From positions 1 to 37,201 of the IMG/VR virus record IMGVR_UViG_3300020045_008319: a DNA stretch of 37,201 nucleotides. One strand, 5' to 3'. This stretch comes from a virus (Duplodnaviria; Caudoviricetes). Below, piece by piece: positions 18,424 to 25,695 of this stretch (position 1 is its first letter; every line of letters begins with the position of its first letter). The position numbers were made by a program, and so were the translations under genes. The notes beneath the pieces were generated by a model. It did no database searches. It was given only the letters and a program-made list of their open reading frames with translations, and had not been told where the DNA came from.

Positions 18424-19111
18424 AATATAACCTTCTCGCTTTATCTGCATTATCACAAAACAAAGCAAATTGTTCTGGATTTAAAGACACTTTATTATCA
18501 ATACAATCTTCATCAATTTTAAAATGCTTTTCGATATATTGAATATTTTTAGAATAACACATTAAAGGAATTTCAATCCCTGTTTCAAGAGTATGATCTG
18601 ATAATCCAGAATAATCTGATAAATCGCAATATTTATAATCCTTTGTTTCTGCCGGATATTTACTGATACAATACATTTTATAAACATTATCTAAATCATA
18701 ATCAATACTATACATCCCATCCGAAACTAATACGGGTTTATTAAAAGATGCTGAGCAATACACTAAACTTTTATCATTTGCCCTATCAGAACCGATTTTA
18801 ATTACATCAGGATTATATTTAATTATTCTTAATAGTTTGTTTATTGTGGATGGTGTAATAATAAATTGGACCCCGTGTTTTCTGCATCTATCTTTTATTA
18901 AACCATAATCATCATCGTTTAATTCAAAAGAACGAATCTTATTAAACATTTCAACGTCATCTTTCCACCATGAACTATCAATTGTATTTATAGCATCCGT
19001 AACCTGAAACTTAACCGCCTTAGCCCCGGCCTCAACAGCAGCGTCTATCATTTCTAACGCTTTTAAAATATTACCATTATGATTTAATCCTATTTCTGCA
19101 ATTATTTTCAT
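18413..19111 (-). CDS. neuB: Nonulosonic acid synthase (NeuB/LegI/PseI family), lacking the C-terminal SAF domain
   Basis: IIAEIGLNHNG, AVKFQ, IKIGS, CISKYP, GLSDHT and IEKHF motifs. Confidence 0.92.
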   Translation of the reverse strand: MKIIAEIGLNHNGNILKALEMIDAAVEAGAKAVKFQVTDAINTIDSSWWKDDVEMFNKIRSFELNDDDYGLIKDRCRKHGVQFIITPSTINKLLRIIKYNPDVIKIGSDRANDKSLVYCSASFNKPVLVSDGMYSIDYDLDNVYKMYCISKYPAETKDYKYCDLSDYSGLSDHTLETGIEIPLMCYSKNIQYIEKHFKIDEDCIDNKVSLNPEQFALFCDNADKARRLYYGC

Positions 19112-19920
19112 ATAGCCCTCACTGTATCATATTTCATAAACATTTTATCCAATTCATAATTAGCATTTTTCTTTTTGTTTTTTTCACCATTTATGTTGTT
19201 TATCATTAATTTAATATGATCAATACCTGAATAATGAGCTGGCATATATCCACCGCCAAATCTAGGGTTTATATCTATTATCCAAGCCTTATCAGAAACA
19301 ATAAAATCAATATCAATATTGCCTTTAAATCCTTTCCACTGTAATATTTTTAATTGATCGTATATCGCTTCATCCCATCCGCTAATTGACCGTTCAGTTT
19401 CACCTGCTCGCATTAACAACTTCTTTTGCATGAATACTGAAATAAGGTCTTCAGTATAATAATCATAATATGCTTGAACATTCCATTCAGCCCCATCAAG
19501 TAAAGGTTGACGAATCTTTTCAAACCCTTTTCCGGCTGAACCACATCGGTCTTTTTGAATTGTAGTAGGACAAACCGTTAATTGATCATCAATATTTTGT
19601 GTTTTAGATTTATCGAAAGATTTTTCTATAGATTCATAATCTGATAAAAAAACCCGAATCCCATGGTTTAAAAACAAATTTCTGTCAATCGAAAGATTTA
19701 CTATCATTGGGTCTATAAGCGATGTTATCCATTTAATGTTATTAATCAAACAATAATTAAGTAATTCGACTACTTCATAAGTTTTGTGTGAAATAAAATT
19801 ATTCTTTGTTTCATACAAAGCTGGAGCGGAGATATCACAATCCGTTACATGTAAATTAGGATATAGTTTAATGATTTCTCTTATTAATTCTACCCGCCTT
19901 CCAACGCATGTAATTAACAT
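19108..19920 (-). CDS. ATP-grasp ligase (carbamoyl-phosphate-synthase-like family found in polysaccharide loci)
   Basis: LITCVGRRVEL…DISAPALY, DKSKT, GSAGKG, QPLLDGAEW, MRAGET and DINPRFGGGY motifs. Confidence 0.82.
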   Translation of the reverse strand: MLITCVGRRVELIREIIKLYPNLHVTDCDISAPALYETKNNFISHKTYEVVELLNYCLINNIKWITSLIDPMIVNLSIDRNLFLNHGIRVFLSDYESIEKSFDKSKTQNIDDQLTVCPTTIQKDRCGSAGKGFEKIRQPLLDGAEWNVQAYYDYYTEDLISVFMQKKLLMRAGETERSISGWDEAIYDQLKILQWKGFKGNIDIDFIVSDKAWIIDINPRFGGGYMPAHYSGIDHIKLMINNINGEKNKKKNANYELDKMFMKYDTVRAI

Positions 19921-19927
19921 TTAAACC

Positions 19928-21241
19928 TCAATATGCAAATTGTTTATATAGATCTTCTACTTTGCTTTCTATTTCACCATCATTCTTTTTTATTACCCTT
20001 AGAACACAAGCAGCAGAATCAGCACAATCGTCAGGTTCCTGCCCCTCTTCGTAGTCAATGACTTGATTAACATATTCATCATCTGATTCAGTGGCAAAAT
20101 AAACGTCTTGCCAGTTATACTTAAGATGTCCTATAATTTTATTGTGTTTGTTTTCCTTTTCATGATATCCCGAAATAACAGGATAATATTTTTGAAGTGC
20201 TATTTTCGCCAAGCCCTTATCTGCGTTTGTTTCCATGTAACATGTCCCACAATTATGGGATCGTAATATACCCGCTATTTCAGGGTATAAATCAACTATG
20301 TTTTTTCTCCATGTATATCCTAAAAGTATGTATTTACCTTCCCAAACCTCTGCTAAAGTTAAAGCCGTGTAATGATCCCCAGCATAAGCACAATCTATAT
20401 GAGCAATAATTCCTGAGGCATCATTCACCCAATCTGAATATTTAGCCTCAGAAAATATTTTGTTTTCATCTGTTATATATTTTAATTGGTAATTGATAGC
20501 AAATAATGATGGGGTAGTACGCTTTTTTATTTCTTCTATAAGTTTTGGAGTTAGCTCAGGGATGTCTATTGAACCATAAGGGTATTTATCAGCCTCGGGA
20601 AGAACGGAAAATATATCATCTTTATGCCATGGTGTTCCTGTAAACGTTATAGTTCCATTGGCTTTTTTAATGTTTAAAAGCTCTCTTACAAAGGATTTTG
20701 TTTTTTCTCTTTCGGCCTTTGATACACGGTCTTTAAGGGTTGCGATATCATCACAAAGTATTTTATCGTAATGCCTTCCAGTTATTGCCCCGCCAATTCC
20801 TAGAGAATCTATAGAACCTTCGTTTGTTACATTATTTTTATAGGTTAGAATTATAGAGTCTTTCTTAGCATATTTTAAAGGTGCTTTCGGAAAGCCTAAT
20901 AATTGATATAAAGCCTGAAGTTTAATCCCTTCATACAATCTTGTAATAGCCGAAAGAATCGATGAGGCCCCCTCATATTCTTTTCGTACAATCAATACGG
21001 TTGCTTCAGGGTTAAAAAGTAGGTACCATATAGCCCCAACGTTTAATACGGCAGTGGTTTTATAAGCGTTTCTATGCGCTTGTATTACAACGTCGTTTTT
21101 AGATTCCCACGAATCTTTAATCCATTTGGAATGAATATCGGTTAAAAGGTTATATCCTAGATAGTTTCCTAAAAGATGAGGCTTTTCATATATGGCTTTT
21201 CTTAATTGTTCTGGCTTTAATTTACTATTTAATTTTGCCAA
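19928..21241 (-). CDS. terL: Terminase large subunit
   Basis: Walker A-like AHRNAYKTT, ITGRHYDKILCDD (Walker B), GTPWHKDD coupling motif, nuclease HIDCAY, ETN and DDCADS. Confidence 0.92.
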   Translation of the reverse strand: MAKLNSKLKPEQLRKAIYEKPHLLGNYLGYNLLTDIHSKWIKDSWESKNDVVIQAHRNAYKTTAVLNVGAIWYLLFNPEATVLIVRKEYEGASSILSAITRLYEGIKLQALYQLLGFPKAPLKYAKKDSIILTYKNNVTNEGSIDSLGIGGAITGRHYDKILCDDIATLKDRVSKAEREKTKSFVRELLNIKKANGTITFTGTPWHKDDIFSVLPEADKYPYGSIDIPELTPKLIEEIKKRTTPSLFAINYQLKYITDENKIFSEAKYSDWVNDASGIIAHIDCAYAGDHYTALTLAEVWEGKYILLGYTWRKNIVDLYPEIAGILRSHNCGTCYMETNADKGLAKIALQKYYPVISGYHEKENKHNKIIGHLKYNWQDVYFATESDDEYVNQVIDYEEGQEPDDCADSAACVLRVIKKNDGEIESKVEDLYKQFAY

Positions 21242-21605
21242 AAATTTTCTCCATCTCTTTAATAGCCGACTTAGTGTCTTCGTTAAGGGTATGTTCAGTT
21301 TCTGATCTATCTCTCCATCCCATTTGTTTCAACGAAAATATAGCCATTGCAGTGTTTACCTTATTTGCTAGGGTAGCCTTTTCTAGGTTTGCCTGTTTCT
21401 TTTCAACACATTTTTTTAAAAGATCGGAGAATTCCGCATAATCATATAGGATATCTTTTGTTATGTTATTCTTATATGTGAATTCCATAATAATTGGTAT
21501 TGAGTTTTCTTCAATATACAATTCAAATTTTTCTTTTAATCTTTTCACTTGTTCTGGACTGAACTTCTTAGGTTGTCCTGCTCGTTTCTTTCTATCGTTT
21601 TTCAT
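21225..21605 (-). CDS. terS: Terminase small subunit
   Basis: AGQPKKF N-terminus and AIFSLKQMGWRD C-terminal motif; overlaps the terL start. Confidence 0.85.
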   Translation of the reverse strand: MKNDRKKRAGQPKKFSPEQVKRLKEKFELYIEENSIPIIMEFTYKNNITKDILYDYAEFSDLLKKCVEKKQANLEKATLANKVNTAMAIFSLKQMGWRDRSETEHTLNEDTKSAIKEMEKIFGKIK

Positions 21606-21611
21606 TTTACT

Positions 21612-22577
21612 TCACGCTATATAAAGATAATTTTTGTAATACCGAGATTTTGATAAATCCATCTTCGGGCAATATTGATACATTGGGAAATCAGAAACTA
21701 AGCCCCATATTGGTTGAAAAGAATTATTCTGTTTTTCGTCTATTATTCCAGTCCGCCAATAATTAGGTTTTGTATGTTTTCTAGTTGGAATAACTTCAAA
21801 TTCTTTAGAAAGTTTTCTATATTTATTATAACATAATTCTATATTTTTATTCAATTTTTTTAAGTTTTTTAATCCTAAAATAGCATTCCAGGCTGGCATC
21901 CTATAGTTAAATCCTATTTGATCATGATAATTTTGTTTTTGACTTTGGTCTTTTGCCGTCATAGATAAATGTTTTACATAATTATAATAATCTTTTGACC
22001 ATGTTAAAATAGCTCCGCCGCCGCCAGTAGTAAGTAATTTATTGCCATTAAAACTAATAATACCAAAATCTGAATGTGTCCCTACGTGCTGATTAAATCT
22101 ATAATTATCAGGTTTTTCTATGTAAGATCCAATGGCTTGAGCCGCGTCTTCAATAACTTTTAATCCCCAGTGTAAAGCAATTCGATTAATTTCTTCAATA
22201 TCAATAGGGTTTCCTAAAACATGAACCGCAACAATAGCAGATATTTTTCTGTTAGTTAATTTATTATAGACTATTCCATTTTCAATTTTACCGATATAAG
22301 ATAAATAATGTTCTAGTTTTTTAGTGTCTATCCCTAAACAATCATCACAATCAACAAAATGGGGTATGGCTCCAATATAAACTATAGGGTTAATTGTTCC
22401 AATAAAAGTTAATGCCGGAACTATAACCTCTTCATTTGGTTTTATACCTGAACAAATATACGACAAATGTAATGCAGATGTTCCTGTGTTAGTAGCAAGC
22501 ACATATTTTGATCCGGTTAATTCGCCTATTGCAATTTCAAACTCTTCTGTTTCTTTCCCACGATATGAATAATCCAT
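21612..22577 (-). CDS. legC: PLP-dependent sugar aminotransferase, DegT/DnrJ/EryC1/StrS family, LegC-like
   Basis: TGTSALHL, PALTFIGTIN, VHVLG, EDAAQAIGS, SFNGNKLLTTGGGGAI (catalytic Lys) and HLSMTAK…HDQIGFNYRMP, as in the LegC-type subfamily. Confidence 0.85.
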   Translation of the reverse strand: MDYSYRGKETEEFEIAIGELTGSKYVLATNTGTSALHLSYICSGIKPNEEVIVPALTFIGTINPIVYIGAIPHFVDCDDCLGIDTKKLEHYLSYIGKIENGIVYNKLTNRKISAIVAVHVLGNPIDIEEINRIALHWGLKVIEDAAQAIGSYIEKPDNYRFNQHVGTHSDFGIISFNGNKLLTTGGGGAILTWSKDYYNYVKHLSMTAKDQSQKQNYHDQIGFNYRMPAWNAILGLKNLKKLNKNIELCYNKYRKLSKEFEVIPTRKHTKPNYWRTGIIDEKQNNSFQPIWGLVSDFPMYQYCPKMDLSKSRYYKNYLYIA

Positions 22578-22670
22578 TTAACCCACCACTATTTTTGAAA
22601 GAAATTCTATGATTTGTCCTAATTCTATAATTATTATTATTAACGCTATTAACTGCAAAATTTTAATCAT
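22578..22670 (-). CDS. Small hydrophobic peptide (30 aa), not in ORF track
   Basis: MIKILQLIALIIIIIELGQIIEFLSKIVVG; ATGA overlap with the M23 gene, and its stop abuts the legC ATG. Confidence 0.55.
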   Translation of the reverse strand: MIKILQLIALIIIIIELGQIIEFLSKIVVG

Positions 22671-23323
22671 TTGTTATTTCCTAAAAATAGTTTTGGATTT
22701 TGGTAATTAGATATAATATTATTCCAAATAGCGAAATGTAAATGGTTACCTGTCGAATACTTCCCTGTTGAACCTACTCGCCCGATCAAGTCCCCACGCT
22801 TGACCGAGCAGTTAGGTTTGACCATAATTTGTGATAAGTGCCCATAAATGGTGCTGATCCATCCATGGTAAATCCTTATCGTTTTCCCCGTGTTAAAATA
22901 TTCTTTTGTTTCTTCTACGAATCCATCGGCAACCGCAAATACTGGAGTTCCCCTAGCGGCCGAAATGTCTAATCCTTCGTGGAAATCATTGATTTCACCG
23001 CCAACATCTTTCCCAAACGGCGAACATCTCAAACCCCATTGTGAAGTCTCTTTCCCTTTTATTATCGGGTATATCATTTCAATTTGTTTGTTTATTTTTT
23101 TGATGAGCTTCTTTTGGCTTGATAATAATTCCCAGTTTTTTGATGTGTCATAACCATAATAGGTTTTATAGTCATTCACTTGTTTTTGAAATTCCCTTTG
23201 CTTATATCTAATGGTGAAATAAATGGCACTAAAAACTATCACTAAAAATGTTATGATTAACATTCCCGTTAACACAATCATTTTTATTTTATCCTCGTTA
23301 AATTTCTTGGATCTCAATTCCAT
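22667..23323 (-). CDS. Membrane-anchored M23 family metallopeptidase
   Basis: N-terminal TM helix; HEGLD (HxxxD), YGHL, GSTG.STGNHLHF (HxH). Confidence 0.92.
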   Translation of the reverse strand: MELRSKKFNEDKIKMIVLTGMLIITFLVIVFSAIYFTIRYKQREFQKQVNDYKTYYGYDTSKNWELLSSQKKLIKKINKQIEMIYPIIKGKETSQWGLRCSPFGKDVGGEINDFHEGLDISAARGTPVFAVADGFVEETKEYFNTGKTIRIYHGWISTIYGHLSQIMVKPNCSVKRGDLIGRVGSTGKYSTGNHLHFAIWNNIISNYQNPKLFLGNNK

Positions 23324-23657
23324 GCCTTTCCAGCATTAACTTTTTTTTGATAACGTACACAGGAAGCCTCCTTGTGAAATCGCTTTTGACATCCGCAACT
23401 ATCTTTTTCCATTCACCCCCAACTTTTTTTTCGTAACAAAAATCAGCCACGTATTTTGTTGCCCTTAGTTTTCCTTGCTTTGGTATCAGCTCAAAAGCTA
23501 CTTGCCTTTCGAGATTTCTAATCTCGCCGCTCGCCGCCAATGAACTTAAACCCAAAAATCTTTCAAATTCTTTTTTGCTATCAAATACTATTCCGTTATA
23601 TTTTACCTTTTTATTTCTGTATTTGCAAGGGGTTTTAAATATATATTTATTAGTCAT
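23298..23657 (-). CDS. DUF1064 family PD-(D/E)xK nuclease-like protein
   Basis: KYRNKKV..NGIVFDSKKE, LERQVAFELIP, YVADF, ADVK and YVIKKKLM motifs. Start taken at MTNKY. Confidence 0.85.
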   Translation of the reverse strand: MTNKYIFKTPCKYRNKKVKYNGIVFDSKKEFERFLGLSSLAASGEIRNLERQVAFELIPKQGKLRATKYVADFCYEKKVGGEWKKIVADVKSDFTRRLPVYVIKKKLMLERHGIEIQEI

Positions 23658-23659
23658 CT

Positions 23660-24280
23660 CTATCTCCTCTGATCCAACTCTTTCCATTTACGATATAGTT
23701 CGGCATTCTCTTTTTTTAATTCTTCTATTTCTTTTTGTTCAATCTCAATTTGCGCTTCTGCTTCTTCGAGCTTCATGTCTAATTCTTTTGCAAAGTTTTC
23801 GACCTTTTCAATATGACATTCCAATTCTTTTATCTTATCATCTTTTATTTTAATAATATCTTCATAAAGAGGAACATTGCCTTTAACCGCATCTATTAAT
23901 TTGTCTTTAAGTTCTTGTATCACATCTAGTAGATCTGCAATTCTTTCTTCCTCAAGATCGTATAAATCTTTATAATGTTCTAACTTTATTTGTAACTCTT
24001 CTACCTTTTTGTTGGCGTCAACAATATGGTCTGGTTTAATCCCATCGTTTTCGATGGGTTTGTAATTAGTACACTTGTCGTCGGGCGTTGACCAATTTCT
24101 CCTCGTTACCTCTATCGGCGGGTTTGTCTTGTAGTTAGAACATTTGCTATAACATTCTTTTGTGCTTTTCTTGTCAGGTTCTACAAGCCCTGCGGATTGC
24201 CAGGTTTTAACTATCTCATCTTTATGATGGGTACATAATGTTTTTTCAGCCAACTTCATCGCTTCTTCTTTGCTAATCAT
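23660..24280 (-). CDS. Hypothetical protein with C-terminal coiled coil
   Basis: Open 206-aa ORF, heptad-rich Glu/Lys C-terminus, coupled start. Confidence 0.7.
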   Translation of the reverse strand: MISKEEAMKLAEKTLCTHHKDEIVKTWQSAGLVEPDKKSTKECYSKCSNYKTNPPIEVTRRNWSTPDDKCTNYKPIENDGIKPDHIVDANKKVEELQIKLEHYKDLYDLEEERIADLLDVIQELKDKLIDAVKGNVPLYEDIIKIKDDKIKELECHIEKVENFAKELDMKLEEAEAQIEIEQKEIEELKKENAELYRKWKELDQRR

Positions 24281-24393
24281 TTTATTCCATCCTTTTTTTG
24301 TTTAGACCACATAAAACATCTAATTCCGTTTTGATTGTAAAATTTACAATGTTTAGATACCCACCATTCACATTTAGTGTTCCCACATTTCAT
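24277..24393 (-). CDS. Small Cys-rich hypothetical protein (38 aa), not in ORF track
   Basis: MKCGNTKCEWWVSKHCKFYNQNGIRCFMWSKQKKDGIK; ATGA overlaps at both ends. Confidence 0.55.
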   Translation of the reverse strand: MKCGNTKCEWWVSKHCKFYNQNGIRCFMWSKQKKDGIK

Positions 24394-24929
24394 TTTATTT
24401 CCTCCTTTTCCGAATGTAATTCCCAGGCATCTAGAATTAACTTCTTATATTTCTTCCAGAAATCCAATCCTTTTTTTTCATCCATTGATAGAATTTCTTT
24501 ATCACTAAAACTTTCCCATTCTTTTGCGGTATATTTTTTACATCCTATCTGTATATTTTTTTCAGTAATGAGTACAAAATATTCTAATCCTAATAATTGT
24601 ATTGGTATTTTTGATATTAATTCTCCATCAAGAGAAGCTCTATTAAGAGAAGCTCCATCAAGTGAAGCGCCAATAAGAAAAGCTCCATCAAGAGAAGCTC
24701 CATCAAGATTAGCTCCATAAAGATTAGTTCCATGAAGAGAAGCTCCATCAAGATGAACTCCATGAAGATTAGCTCCATGAAGAGAAGCTCCATTAAGATT
24801 AACTCCATCAAGAGAAGCTCTATAAAAATTAGTTGTATGAATATTTTTCTCAAGACAATCCTTTATAGATTCATATTCCCCACTAATAATAATCGCTCCA
24901 GTATCCCACCGTTTAATCTCTACTTTCAT
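24390..24929 (-). CDS. Pentapeptide repeat protein
   Basis: About 13 A(S/N)L(D/H/N)G repeats; C-terminal IQIGC…EW motif typical of phage pentapeptide-repeat proteins; AAGGAG SD. Confidence 0.9.
   Translation of the reverse strand: MKVEIKRWDTGAIIISGEYESIKDCLEKNIHTTNFYRASLDGVNLNGASLHGANLHGVHLDGASLHGTNLYGANLDGASLDGAFLIGASLDGASLNRASLDGELISKIPIQLLGLEYFVLITEKNIQIGCKKYTAKEWESFSDKEILSMDEKKGLDFWKKYKKLILDAWELHSEKEEIK
24622..24822. repeat. 15-bp-period tandem repeat encoding the pentapeptide repeats
   Basis: Recurring ctccatcaagagaag / ctccatgaagattag units. Confidence 0.85.
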
Positions 24930-24941
24930 TTTATTTCTCCT

Positions 24942-25094
24942 TTATATAAATTTAGTAAAATCGTATTCATTAATTCTGTCTGAAACTCTAGTGATTAAAG
25001 CCAGTGCTGTTCCATAGTTTTGTTTTTCAATACATATTGCTATATAGTTTAATTCTGTTTGCAATATATTTGCAGATATTTTCTTTCTTTTCAT
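24942..25094 (-). CDS. Small hypothetical protein (50 aa), not in ORF track
   Basis: AGGAG SD; MKRKKISANILQTELNYIAICIEKQNYGTALALITRVSDRINEYDFTKFI. Confidence 0.6.
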   Translation of the reverse strand: MKRKKISANILQTELNYIAICIEKQNYGTALALITRVSDRINEYDFTKFI

Positions 25095-25125
25095 TGTTTA
25101 CTCCTTGTTTAAAAAATTAAATGTT

Positions 25126-25695
25126 TTAGTATTCCCAATTGTCTTCTTTTATTTCTTTTTTATCATCAATATCTTTTATATCTTTTAATATTTGTTTAGG
25201 GCAAACAACACAATGAATCGAATTATAATAATGTTTCATTGTTTGGCATCCTATTATTTTGCAAAATTGATGTTGTTTATAGCAAAGAATTTCACTAAAT
25301 TCATTATCCCATTTCCTTAAATCATTATATTCATCCTTCGGTAAATATTGAACATATTCAACAATTATAGTTTTCCAATCATATTCTTTCATGCCTAATT
25401 CTTTGCACCTCCGGCAAACCCAATATCGATTTAATTTATATATCATGTCTTTAAATTCAGCCATTAATTCATTGCCTTTATTGTTTATTTCTAATAATTT
25501 TATATATTCATTTTTATAAAACTCGTTTGAAAACCATTCTGGTTTAATTATATCAAAAGCCTTGTTATTATATTTCGCATGAATTTTTAATGAATTTATT
25601 ATTTTCCATTCAAGCTCTAAATCTTCTGAAATATTATTCCGTTTAAAAAAAGGATTGCTAGAAACTGCTTCAATTACATCATATCTAATATTCAT
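25126..25695 (-). CDS. Hypothetical protein
   Basis: 189-aa ORF overlapping the helicase stop; several Cys pairs; no family recognised. Confidence 0.65.
   Translation of the reverse strand: MNIRYDVIEAVSSNPFFKRNNISEDLELEWKIINSLKIHAKYNNKAFDIIKPEWFSNEFYKNEYIKLLEINNKGNELMAEFKDMIYKLNRYWVCRRCKELGMKEYDWKTIIVEYVQYLPKDEYNDLRKWDNEFSEILCYKQHQFCKIIGCQTMKHYYNSIHCVVCPKQILKDIKDIDDKKEIKEDNWEY

Noticed and set aside
14135-19920. Sugar cluster as host chromosomal contamination or misassembly
   Set aside because: The genes are on the same strand as terL and the portal, are coupled to them by a 7-nt gap and a 1-nt overlap, look similar in composition, and are shortened relative to bacterial forms. Read mapping would still be the decisive test.
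16076-22577. Cluster as a DNA base-hypermodification system
   Set aside because: It lies in the late packaging/head operon rather than the replication module, and there is no DNA polymerase, hydroxymethylase or nucleotide kinase. It is less likely than protein or surface glycosylation but not formally excluded.
24617-24853. Minus-strand ORF with (MELLL)n repeats
   Set aside because: It is an alternative-frame reading of the 15-bp pentapeptide repeat; the periodicity keeps the frame open.
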